The position numbers and the translations under genes are program-made. This document shows positions 53,058 to 61,797 of a stretch of DNA of 64,000 bases, one piece after another. This stretch comes from an uncultured delta proteobacterium (GTDB lineage: Bacteria > Desulfobacterota > BSN033 > UBA1163). The notes below the pieces were generated by a model. The model saw only the letters and a list, made by a program, of their open reading frames with translations, was not told the DNA's origin and made no database searches. The stretch covers positions 160,001 to 224,000 of the forward strand of contig CAWHBU010000001.1 of the NCBI GenBank assembly GCA_963827685.1, read 5' to 3'. Position 1 is the stretch's first letter. Every line of letters begins with the position of its first letter.

Positions 53058-53258
53058 GGCATTGGCAAAGGTCGTCCTTACTTCGCGCACGCCTTCGACC
53101 AGCACATCCAGACCTTTTTCGATGAGTACAATTTCAGCCGTCTCTTTAGCAACATCCACAGCGCTGTCCACCGAGATCCCCACATCGGCAGAGTGGAGTA
53201 CAGAGGCATCATTGATCCCATCGCGCATATAACCGACCACATTTCCAGCCTTTCTATT
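53058..53258 (-). pseudogene. Internal fragment of an MgtA-like P-type ATPase
   Basis: [33 protein letters not shown] (GDGIND mutated); the rest of the gene is absent. Confidence 0.85.
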
Positions 53259-53260
53259 TC

Positions 53261-53288
53261 GCTCTGCACTCTGCGCTAAGCGCTATGC
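53261..53288. repeat. Single arm of a GCTATGC heptamer element
   Basis: GCTCTGC ACTCTGC GCTAAGC GCTATGC; overlaps the S41 peptidase stop. Confidence 0.75.
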
Positions 53289-54530
53289 ACCGTGGCCTTT
53301 CTCTTGAAGAAGCAGATCCAGGGCGCGCAATAGTTGGACATCTTGGCTTTCCCGCAGTTTCTCTGCTGTCAATTCCCTCTCCGCCACAGGAAGAAATGGT
53401 GTAACCTCTGGAGGGAGATGGACGACGACATCAGGAGAGATGCCGTGGTGCCAGATCACTTGCCCGGCAGGGGTCAGCCATTCTTCGATCGCCAACATCA
53501 GTGCTGAGCCGTCAGAGAGGGAAAATGTTTCAAGGACAGTGCCTGTGCCAAAAGTCTTTTCGCCTATGAGCTTAGCGCGACGCGCATCCTGTAATGCTCC
53601 CGCAACGATCTCTGCTCCACTACTTGTTCCGCCATTGATTAACACCACCAGCGGTAAGGAAGTGGCTACACCACCTGGCCTGACAGGAACGGGATGGATC
53701 TTCCCAACAGCATTTTTTTCCAGAAGCACATTACCCCCGGTCAGAAACTGGCTGGCTGCGGACACGGCCTCATCATAGAGACCTCCGGGATTATTTCGCA
53801 GGTCTAAGATAAGGCCGGTAATCCTCTCTTTCTCGATGGTAAATAGTACCTTTCGAAGATTTTCGGCAGCTCCTTTGCTGAAGGTCGCGATTCGCAAATG
53901 GACTGCCTTCGTACCTGGCAATTGATGCCATGTTACATTTTGGACCGTGATGGACGCACGGGTTAAGGTAACATCTTTAGTAGTGGTTGTCTTCAGATTG
54001 AGAATGGTGAGTTTCACCCGAGTTCCTGCCGGACCTAAAATCCGATCCACTGCCTGATCAAGGGGAAGACCACTCACATCTTGATCGTCCACTTTCAGGA
54101 TGATATCTCCGGGTTTGAGGCCTGCCTTCTGCGCAGGGGAGCCGTCGATGGGTGCAACGATGACGAGTTGGCCATTCTTCATCTGGACTTCAGCGCCAAT
54201 GCCTTCGAACCTGCCCCTTGCGAGGTTTCGCTCCTGTTTCAACATCTCTGGGGTGAGAAAGCGACTATGCCCAGTATCGCCAAGGGCATCGACCATACCA
54301 CTGATAGCGCCGTAGGTCATCCGTTGAGGTTTCACCGCATTCCGATCCACATAGACCCGTTGGATTGTATTCCACGCTTCTGCCATTAACCGAAAATTGG
54401 ACTCTGCGTCAGGAGGAATAGTGTCCGGCGCAAAGGCGATCAGCAGGCGACAACCCAGTATCGCGCCTCCGATCAGACCGAGGGAGAGGAAGGCGAGGTA
54501 CTGTATCCATCGGTAACGTCTATTTTTCAT
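53283..54530 (-). CDS. S41 carboxyl-terminal processing protease (CtpA-like)
   Basis: PDZ GIGA..SPAQKAGL, LDLRNNPGG, TSSGAEIVAGAL, GEKTFGTG. Confidence 0.93.
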   Translation of the reverse strand: MKNRRYRWIQYLAFLSLGLIGGAILGCRLLIAFAPDTIPPDAESNFRLMAEAWNTIQRVYVDRNAVKPQRMTYGAISGMVDALGDTGHSRFLTPEMLKQERNLARGRFEGIGAEVQMKNGQLVIVAPIDGSPAQKAGLKPGDIILKVDDQDVSGLPLDQAVDRILGPAGTRVKLTILNLKTTTTKDVTLTRASITVQNVTWHQLPGTKAVHLRIATFSKGAAENLRKVLFTIEKERITGLILDLRNNPGGLYDEAVSAASQFLTGGNVLLEKNAVGKIHPVPVRPGGVATSLPLVVLINGGTSSGAEIVAGALQDARRAKLIGEKTFGTGTVLETFSLSDGSALMLAIEEWLTPAGQVIWHHGISPDVVVHLPPEVTPFLPVAERELTAEKLRESQDVQLLRALDLLLQEKGHGA

Positions 54531-54635
54531 CGCTCCTCCTTCCGAGCCAGGGCGGAAAGGCCAGCTCTTCCTGAGAGTTTGTCAATCAGGAGATTCGAAA
54601 AGGGTTTCTTAAAATTTTCTTATAATATTTCAGGT

Positions 54636-55963
54636 CAGTGCTGTCCGGTTAAGAATTGAATAAAGACAATTGGTTACAGAAATCGGGTTTTTTAATATCA
54701 TCAAAAAAACCTGAAAGCACCTGATAAATGGGGTTTTTCTCGAATAAAGTGATGCTCAAGATTTGCAGGATTTCGTTGAGACTTCGGTCGAGTTTCAATT
54801 CTTTCTTGATAATAGCGGAGAGAACATAAATACTTATTGCAATCCAGATTTGGGTTTTCACTGCATTCTCGGAGGTTCCATAAAAGGATTTGATTCGAAG
54901 GTGCTGTTTGATCCACTTGAAGAAGAGTTCCACCTGCCAGCGGCATTTGTACAGTTGGGTAATGGTCAGAGGGTTGAGCATAAAATTGTTTGTCAGGAAT
55001 ACGAATCGTTTGGACGTTACGATATCGAAATAGCTGATCCGGCGAAGGGGATCGGGATATTCCTGGGAGGTCTTTGGGCCATTGAGAAGAATCGTTTGAT
55101 CGCTTCGGAGTCCCGTGGTTTTGTCGACGAGGCGGTAGCTTCGACGAGTGCAATCGAGATTTCTCTTGGCGCGAATGATAAAGAAGGCTGAATGGAGGGC
55201 GAACACATACAGGCGGGCAAAATCGATATAGCCGCGATCCATAATGTAAAAAGAGCCAGGCTCTAAGATCAATTGGTCGAGGAGATTGACGTCGTGAACA
55301 TTGCCTTCGGTAACGCGGATAAAGCAGGGGATACTGCCATGGAGGTCCATCAGCGTATGGAGTTTGATGGCGCCTTTGCGTTTGCGAAAATGGGCCCAAG
55401 GAAAAAGCGAGAGACAGAGATCGATCGTCGTCGAATCGAAGGCATAGGCGGCTTGATCCAAGAGCACGCCGAAATCTTCTTTGGCATACAGGTACCTTGC
55501 TCTTCGGATCAGCACTTGAGCAAAATCGGCGTAGATCCGCCAGTCTCTGTTTTCGTTGGCTTCGGCCAGGGTGCTTCGAGCGACTTTGCTCCGAATCCCT
55601 ACATGGTAGAGTTTGGACTGCAAGGCGCGCAAGCACGTTTCGGTCTCGCGAAGACTTTCTCGGTAAGTAAGCTGGGCGAAGGCCATGCAGAGAAATTGAT
55701 CGAAACAGGAAAATCTTCGGACTCGGTAATTGCCTTGGTATCTTCGCACACACTTGTTGAATTCGTGTTTGGGCAGAAAGTTTATGAGTTGTGAAAAGAT
55801 CATTCGTCCACAGTGCATTGACCATTCCTTTCCACTCTGAGATGGAAGTATTATGGCCAATAAAAGCAGACGATCTGAAATCGAAAACGGTCATTGTTAT
55901 GTTTATCCTATTAACATTGTTTAACATTGTCAGTTTTTAAAAATCCTTAACCGGACAGTACTG
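54636..55963 (-). mobile_element. IS4-family insertion sequence, 1328 bp
   Basis: 22-bp TIRs CAGT(G/A)CTGTCCGGTTAAG(A/G)ATT; 9-bp target duplication ATTTCAGGT at 54627-54635 and 55964-55972. Confidence 0.97.
54649..55818 (-). CDS. IS4-family DDE transposase
   Basis: FDSTTI, MDRGY, YKCRWQVELFFKWIKQHL (YREK motif). Confidence 0.96.
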   Translation of the reverse strand: MHCGRMIFSQLINFLPKHEFNKCVRRYQGNYRVRRFSCFDQFLCMAFAQLTYRESLRETETCLRALQSKLYHVGIRSKVARSTLAEANENRDWRIYADFAQVLIRRARYLYAKEDFGVLLDQAAYAFDSTTIDLCLSLFPWAHFRKRKGAIKLHTLMDLHGSIPCFIRVTEGNVHDVNLLDQLILEPGSFYIMDRGYIDFARLYVFALHSAFFIIRAKRNLDCTRRSYRLVDKTTGLRSDQTILLNGPKTSQEYPDPLRRISYFDIVTSKRFVFLTNNFMLNPLTITQLYKCRWQVELFFKWIKQHLRIKSFYGTSENAVKTQIWIAISIYVLSAIIKKELKLDRSLNEILQILSITLFEKNPIYQVLSGFFDDIKKPDFCNQLSLFNS

Positions 55964-56153
55964 ATTTCAGGTAATAAAATGGGGGGAAATCCGTATTTTA
56001 TGTCAGGAAAGGCTGTATCTCAAACGGGTTTGAATGAAATTTGAAGGTCACAAATGATTTCCAAATATGACTTCACCTACTTCAATTGGAATCTTAAGGT
56101 TGGTTTTCGTATTGAAAGGGGTGATTAAGAAGAAAGAACTCGATCAACAAAAA

Positions 56154-57146
56154 CTAATAATAATTTTCTTTTCCAACTTTACCTCTGAAAACGATGTAGC
56201 TATAAACCGTATACCCTAATACCAAGGGCAAAACAATAATCACTCCCCAAAGGGTGAAGCGCAGGGTTTCTTGTTGTGCCGCCGCTTCCCGAAAGGTGAT
56301 GCTGGGAGGGACGGCATAAGGGTAAATGGAGGCGATGAGACCGAGATATCCCGCGAAGTAAAAGATGACGCTGGAAAAAAAGGGCAGGATCTCACGCCGG
56401 GCTTTCAGGCTTTTGATAAGTGTATAGAAGGCTGCGAGGCCCAGCATGGGGAAGGTCCAGATAAAATAGATTCTGGGTGGACTAAGCCAATTTTTCAAAG
56501 CCGAAGGATAGTGGAAAGGTGTCCAAATGGTAACCAAGATTTGGAATCCCAACACAATAAATGCCGTCCAGAGGGCGCAACGATAGGCCCGTTCTTGGAT
56601 CGCTCCGCTGGTTTTAATGATGAGATAGGTGGACCCCAGGAGGATGTAGCCAGCAATCAATGCAAGGCTCACCATCATTGAGAAAGGGTTCATCCAGTCG
56701 AAGGGGCCACCTGCGAATTGACTTCCTACCACCTTCATTCCAGAAAGAATGCCGCCAAGGGTCAAACCCTGAGCGATCACAGCAACCAGACTTCCGAAGA
56801 AGAAAGCCATATTCCAAGGTCCTTTTCGAGTTGCATTCGCCCGGAACTCAAAGGTCACACCACGAAAGATCAGGCCGAAGACGAAGGTGAGAAGAGGGAT
56901 GTAAAGGCCGCTGAAAAGAACGCCATAGATCATAGGAAAGGCGACAAAAAGGGCTCCTCCGCCAAATACCAACCAGGTCTGATTCGCATCCCATACCGGG
57001 GCAATGCTCCCCATCAATATATCTCGTTCTTCCTCGTCCCGGGCGGCTGGAAACAACATGGCTATCCCCAGGCTGAAACCATCAAGGAGGATGTAGAGGA
57101 TGATGGCCAGAGCTAACAAGCAAGACCATATGACGATGAGATCCAT
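56154..57146 (-). CDS. cydB: Cytochrome bd oxidase subunit II
   Basis: LDGFSLG, PVWDANQTWLV, FRGVTFEFR, YSYIVFRGKV. Confidence 0.96.
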   Translation of the reverse strand: MDLIVIWSCLLALAIILYILLDGFSLGIAMLFPAARDEEERDILMGSIAPVWDANQTWLVFGGGALFVAFPMIYGVLFSGLYIPLLTFVFGLIFRGVTFEFRANATRKGPWNMAFFFGSLVAVIAQGLTLGGILSGMKVVGSQFAGGPFDWMNPFSMMVSLALIAGYILLGSTYLIIKTSGAIQERAYRCALWTAFIVLGFQILVTIWTPFHYPSALKNWLSPPRIYFIWTFPMLGLAAFYTLIKSLKARREILPFFSSVIFYFAGYLGLIASIYPYAVPPSITFREAAAQQETLRFTLWGVIIVLPLVLGYTVYSYIVFRGKVGKENYY

Positions 57147-57179
57147 ACTTTACCTTTGCAAGAACAGTCTCTTGATTTG

Positions 57180-57315
57180 AAATTACAAATTCCAAGTTCC
57201 AAATCCCAAATAAGGTCCAAACGCTAATTTCAAATGGCCGAAACGATTTCGTTTGAGATTCAAAATTTTGGTCATTGGGATTTGTTTGTTATTTGGTGCT
57301 TGGGATTTGGTGCTT
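57180..57315. repeat. 136-bp heptamer-periodic element (copy C) overlapping the cydA stop
   Basis: Gap-free alignment with copies A and B. Confidence 0.9.
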
Positions 57316-58711
57316 TACTTAACTCTGCTTCCATTTTGCCCTTGACCTCTTGAAGGGGGCGCATGCCTGCCGGTAGCTGAACGGGTGGAATGGGGCTGGC
57401 GAGATCCGGCCCCCGCGACAATGTCTTGAGGACGTAATAAAAATAGCTTGCCCCAACGACTGGGAAGATGATCAGAAAGAGGCTCAAAGACCAGATGACA
57501 TTCCCTTCTGGAATCGGAGAAACACCTTCAGCTGTTCGCATGAGATGATAGACCAGCCATGGCTGCCGGCCCACCTCATTGGTCACCCAGCCCAGCTCGG
57601 TGGCGATAAAACCCAGGGGGTGGAGAATCAAGAGGGTTCTCAGGAATGGACGGTGGTCATAGAGATGCCCCCGTCGCCACAGAACTGCAGCCCAAACCAT
57701 AACAAAGAAAAGGATGAACCCGATCGCCACCATCAACCTGAAGCTCCAGAATAGGATGAAGACATTAGGACGATCGTTCCGTGGAAACTCCTTAAGCCCC
57801 GGGACTCGACCATCAAAAGAATGGGTCACCAGCAGGCTAAGACCATTGGGAATATTCATCTCAAAGAGATTCTTCTCTGCTTTCATCTCTGGAAGGGCGA
57901 CAACTGCAAATGAGGCTCCTCCCTCTGTATTGGTTTCCCAATGAGCTTCCATGGCTGCCAATTTTGCCGGTTCATGATCGAAGACTTGACGGCCGCTCAC
58001 ATCACCCAGATAAATCTGAAGGGGTGCGAAAAAGGAGGCCATCACTAAGGAGATGGCTAAAGAGCGTCGGAAAACGGCCGTCTGTTTCTCTTTCAGAAGA
58101 TAGTAAGCACTGATTCCGGCTACGACGAAAGCAGATGTCTCAAAAGAAGCCATCGTCATGTGACCCATTCGGGCAAACACGGAAGGGTTGAAGATGGCGG
58201 CTGAGAAATCGGTGACCATAAACTTTCCGTTCACGAGTTTGTAGCCGGCCGGGGTATGCATCCAGGAGTTCCCAGCCAGAATCCAGAAGGCAGAGAGGAT
58301 GGATCCCAGTGCCACCAGGCAGGTTGCAAGAAAATGGATGCTACGACGGACCCTTTCCCAGCCGAAGAGCATGATGCCGAGGAAACCGGCCTCCAGGAAG
58401 AAGGCGGTCATGACCTCAAAACCCAAGAGAGGAGAAAAGACGTTGCTCACCATTTGGGAAAAACGAGAGAAATTGGTACCGAATTCGAACTCCAACACAA
58501 TCCCGGAGACTACTCCCACTCCGAAATTGATGGCGAAGATCTTCACCCAGAAGCGGTACATCCGGTAATAGATCTCCTGCTTCGTCATTAACCAAAGAAG
58601 TTCCACGACTACCAGGTAGAGGGCGAGGCCAATCGTCAACACCGGAAACAGAATGTGGAACATGGTGGTTACAGCAAACTGAATTCGAGAGAGAAAAACG
58701 ACATCCATCAC
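57272..58711 (-). CDS. cydA: Cytochrome bd oxidase subunit I
   Basis: SRIQFA..FHILF, FGTN, FFLEAGF, PAKLAAMEAHW, EVGRQPW. Confidence 0.97.
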   Translation of the reverse strand: MMDVVFLSRIQFAVTTMFHILFPVLTIGLALYLVVVELLWLMTKQEIYYRMYRFWVKIFAINFGVGVVSGIVLEFEFGTNFSRFSQMVSNVFSPLLGFEVMTAFFLEAGFLGIMLFGWERVRRSIHFLATCLVALGSILSAFWILAGNSWMHTPAGYKLVNGKFMVTDFSAAIFNPSVFARMGHMTMASFETSAFVVAGISAYYLLKEKQTAVFRRSLAISLVMASFFAPLQIYLGDVSGRQVFDHEPAKLAAMEAHWETNTEGGASFAVVALPEMKAEKNLFEMNIPNGLSLLVTHSFDGRVPGLKEFPRNDRPNVFILFWSFRLMVAIGFILFFVMVWAAVLWRRGHLYDHRPFLRTLLILHPLGFIATELGWVTNEVGRQPWLVYHLMRTAEGVSPIPEGNVIWSLSLFLIIFPVVGASYFYYVLKTLSRGPDLASPIPPVQLPAGMRPLQEVKGKMEAELSKAPNPKHQITNKSQ

Positions 58712-58736
58712 CGACTCCTTCAGAATGATCCTTGCT

Positions 58737-59450
58737 TCATCTCAGCCTTCCCTCTACCGCCTTCCACTGGATATTCTTGAAGAAGGCTTCAATATAATCG
58801 GCCCTCTTCAACCCATAATCGATCATAAAGGCATGTTCAAAGACATCCAAAATTAAGAGGGGCGTGCAACCAGCAGGGTGTCCCACATCATGCTCATTGA
58901 TCCAGAAGTTGAACAGTTTTCCTGTGAGTGGATCCTGATAGAGAATGGCCCAACCGATCCCTCGCATCGCCCCGACGGCCCTGAATTCCTTTTCCCAGTT
59001 GTCGAGACTTCCAAACTCTTCAGAGATTTTTTTGAACAACTTTCCTGTTTTTTCCAACGCTCCCTTTCCCCCCAGATTTTCGAAGTAATATTCATGAAGC
59101 CTCATTCCGTTGAATTCCCATCCAAATCGCCTCTTCAACTCAGCAAACTCCAGAGAGCCCACTTTTCCCTCCTTGAGCATCTGGTTGAGGATTTCGACGA
59201 GTTTATTCGTATTCGTGACGTAACCCTGGTAAAGGGTGAAGTGGTTTTTTAAAAGGGTGTCGCTGAATCCTTCCATTCCCAAAAGCCGGCTGTAATCTTT
59301 AGTGATATAAGAGATCTTTTCCTCCTTTTTCATTTGAGCGAAAGAGAGGTCGGGTTGCCCGGACAGAAGGGCGATGCTTCCAAGGCCCGACAAGAATAAA
59401 AACTGGCGTCGATCGAAAACCCATGTTTTTAAAATCTCCTTTGTTACCAT
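58737..59450 (-). CDS. Fe/Mn superoxide dismutase family protein with a Tat leader
   Basis: DRRQFL leader; HFTLYQGYV, LHEYYF, DVFEHAF. Confidence 0.9.
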   Translation of the reverse strand: MVTKEILKTWVFDRRQFLFLSGLGSIALLSGQPDLSFAQMKKEEKISYITKDYSRLLGMEGFSDTLLKNHFTLYQGYVTNTNKLVEILNQMLKEGKVGSLEFAELKRRFGWEFNGMRLHEYYFENLGGKGALEKTGKLFKKISEEFGSLDNWEKEFRAVGAMRGIGWAILYQDPLTGKLFNFWINEHDVGHPAGCTPLLILDVFEHAFMIDYGLKRADYIEAFFKNIQWKAVEGRLR

Positions 59451-59517
59451 TGCGTCATCCCTCCTGTCTTCTTTATTCCTCTTTTCTTGAAATGCGTGGC
59501 ATGGAAAAAGTCCCGAA

Positions 59518-60522
59518 TTATCCTTCTTTCAGGAATTGAGCCGTCTCCTCAGGGAAGGCAATGTTGATAAAGATGCCCGATCCCATTTCAAATCCAGCAG
59601 AGGTGGTCAGCCTCGGAGTAAGCTGAAGATGCCAATGATAGTAATCTTCCCATTCATCTTTGATAGGAGCGGTATGGATAACATAGTTATAAGGGGGATC
59701 ATTCAGTTTGGAATAGAGTTTCAACACGGTTGCCTTTAGAACCTTTGCAAAGGTTTTAGAATCCTCCATAGAGATTAAACCGTAAGAGGCCTGATGGTCT
59801 TTGGGAATGATCCAGGTTTCAAAAGGAAACCGAGATGCAAAGGGCTGGAGGACGACAAATTTCTCGGTATTCATCACAATCCTCTTGCCAAAGCTGAGTT
59901 CCTCTTGAATCGAATCACAATAGACACATCTTCCGTGGTCATCGTAATATCGGGCTGCCTCCTCCAACTTTTTCCGGATATTGGACGGAACAACAGCGGT
60001 TCCAACAATTTGAGAATGAGTGTGCTCGAGTGATGTTCCCGCAGCCTCACCGTGATTCTTAAAGATGATGATCAGTTTGATCCTCGGATCCTCCCGGATG
60101 GCAAGATATCTCTCGCGATAAGCGAGGAGAACCTCTTCCACCTGTTTATCATCCATCAGAGGAAAAAGTTGATTATGAATAGGGCTTCCAATCACCACCT
60201 CGTGGATTCCTACCCCGTCCATCATCCGGAAGAACCCTTTCTCTTCTTTCCTTTCCAAACTTCCTTCTGGAGATAGAGCTGGAAATTTATTGGGTATCAC
60301 CCTTACCCACCATCCTTTACTATCCGCCGGACCGCTGCTTCGATAAGCGAGGGTTTCATGAGGAGTCAAGTATTCATTGCCTGGGCAGAACGGACAGTTC
60401 TCTTTGTAGGGAGGTTTCTCGATGGAGGGCTCAATCCTCTTAAGCTCATGGGGTCTTCTTGAACGCTCTGATGCGATGATGACCCATTCCTTCGTTGTAG
60501 GGTCCTGTCTCAATTGGGGCAT
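59518..60522 (-). CDS. galT: Galactose-1-phosphate uridylyltransferase (GalT family)
   Basis: CPFCPGNE, NKFPAL, HEVVI, GTSLEHTHSQI, YHWH. Confidence 0.9.
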   Translation of the reverse strand: MPQLRQDPTTKEWVIIASERSRRPHELKRIEPSIEKPPYKENCPFCPGNEYLTPHETLAYRSSGPADSKGWWVRVIPNKFPALSPEGSLERKEEKGFFRMMDGVGIHEVVIGSPIHNQLFPLMDDKQVEEVLLAYRERYLAIREDPRIKLIIIFKNHGEAAGTSLEHTHSQIVGTAVVPSNIRKKLEEAARYYDDHGRCVYCDSIQEELSFGKRIVMNTEKFVVLQPFASRFPFETWIIPKDHQASYGLISMEDSKTFAKVLKATVLKLYSKLNDPPYNYVIHTAPIKDEWEDYYHWHLQLTPRLTTSAGFEMGSGIFINIAFPEETAQFLKEG

Positions 60523-60536
60523 AGTGACCTTTCCTT

Positions 60537-60621
60537 AAATGCGGAGTGCCAAATGCGGAATTCTGTAATCCAAAAGTCTTTAAACAAATTGTTTTCCAAT
60601 CCGCATTCTGCATCCCGAAAT
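60537..60621. repeat. Heptamer-periodic inverted element (ATTCCGC type)
   Basis: AATGCGG AGTGCCA AATGCGG ... AATCCGC ATTCTGC ATCCCGA. Confidence 0.75.
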
Positions 60622-60630
60622 ATGAAGGCC

Positions 60631-60792
60631 TTAACCTAAGGCCAGGAGTAACCCTACCACCGCACCCAGCGGAATGGAGATGTAGGGGTTACAGGTAAGG
60701 GCTCAGGAACTTCCGATGGTCCGGAAAAGATAGCTTATACCAAACCCTACAGAACCCCCTATGAGCATACTCAAAAGAATCTTGAGAACCAT
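60631..60792 (-). CDS. Candidate 53-aa membrane selenoprotein (DUF6132-like), in-frame TGA at codon 30
   Basis: AAGGAG RBS; MVLKILLSMLIGGSVGFGISYLFRTIGSS-TGA-ALTCNPYISIPLGAVVGLLLALG; stem-loop at 60648-60692. Confidence 0.75.
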
Positions 60793-60810
60793 GAAACTCT
60801 CCTTATAAAA

Positions 60811-60839
60811 AGAGTATCATCCTGTTGCCAATAATTCAA
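60811..60839 (-). promoter_or_regulatory. Putative sigma70 promoter for the small ORF and galT
   Basis: TTGAAT-17 nt-TACTCT with extended -10 TG. Confidence 0.5.
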
Positions 60840-60933
60840 GAAAAACGATTTTCAAGATGAAAAGGCTTGTATTCGCCGGAAAAGGTGAAGTATAATTTTT
60901 TTAGTTTTAGATGGAGAATGCAAGAACATGTTC

Positions 60934-61016
60934 GAGGAATGAGGATTGAGGAGTCAGGGAATTCAAAAATTCACGAATTGAGGTATTCAAGGAGTTGAAA
61001 TTCCTAAGTCCGAAAT
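60934..61016. repeat. Octamer-periodic element
   Basis: GAGGAAT GAGGATT GAGGAGTC AGGGAATT CAAAAATT CACGAATT GAGGTATT CAAGGAGT. Confidence 0.65.
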
Positions 61017-61743
61017 GGATGCAGGTAAAATGAAAGAGTTCACCGCTGAGGAATTGACATCTTTTGACGGAAAGGAGGGTAGACCCGTCTATATCGCCTT
61101 TCAAGGGAAAGTTTATGATGTCAGGGAAAGCCCTCTCTGGGCCAAAGGCCTTCACATGAACAGGCATCCCTCGGGTAAGGACCTTGCGGGAGAGATCTCC
61201 GCGGCTCCTCATGGAACAGAGGTCCTTGAACGATATCCCCAGGTGGGGGTTTTGAAAAAAGGAGCACCCGAAGAATTGAAACACCTTCCTTCTATGCTTC
61301 AGAACCTCCTTCAAAAATTTCCAATGGCAAAACGCCATCCTCACCCCATGGTCGTCCATTTTCCTATCGCCCTCTTAATGGCCTCCCCCCTCTTTGTCCT
61401 TCTCTCCCTTATCTTCAAGAATCCTTCCTTTGAGATCACCAGCCTCTACCTCCTCATTCTTGGAGCAATCGGCTCTCCCTTTGCCATGGCCACAGGACTC
61501 CTTACATGGTGGATCAATTATCGATTGAAGCTCACCTATTTTGTAAAAAGAAAGATCCAGCTTTCTATCCTTCTTCTGATTTTCGAGATCATTCTCCTCC
61601 TCTGGCGTGGTTTTCAATCCCAGATATCTCATCCCATCTATTTCATCTTGATCGTTATCCTCGCCCCCATCGTTTCCCTCTTGGGTTACTACGGAGGACA
61701 GATGACCTTTCCCATGGAGAAATCAAACGCGGTGACGGAGTGA
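61015..61743 (+). CDS. Cytochrome b5-like heme-binding domain fused to a DUF2231-like membrane domain
   Basis: FDGKEGRPVYIAFQGKVYDV, H..H..GKDL, APHG; HPMVVHFPIAL. Confidence 0.9.
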   Translation: MDAGKMKEFTAEELTSFDGKEGRPVYIAFQGKVYDVRESPLWAKGLHMNRHPSGKDLAGEISAAPHGTEVLERYPQVGVLKKGAPEELKHLPSMLQNLLQKFPMAKRHPHPMVVHFPIALLMASPLFVLLSLIFKNPSFEITSLYLLILGAIGSPFAMATGLLTWWINYRLKLTYFVKRKIQLSILLLIFEIILLLWRGFQSQISHPIYFILIVILAPIVSLLGYYGGQMTFPMEKSNAVTE

Positions 61744-61797
61744 TTGCGTGACGCGGGGTTATTCTCTCTGTCTCCGTTTCTCCGGGTCTCCGCGTCT
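61727..61797. repeat. Octamer-periodic inverted element spanning two convergent stops
   Basis: ACGCGGTG ACGGAGTG ATTGCGTG ACGCGGGG ... TCTCTGTC TCCGTTTC TCCGGGTC TCCGCGTC. Confidence 0.75.

Noticed and set aside
54540-54600. CTCTCAGG motif suggesting a glycine riboswitch upstream of the S41 peptidase
   Set aside because: The other conserved aptamer elements are missing.
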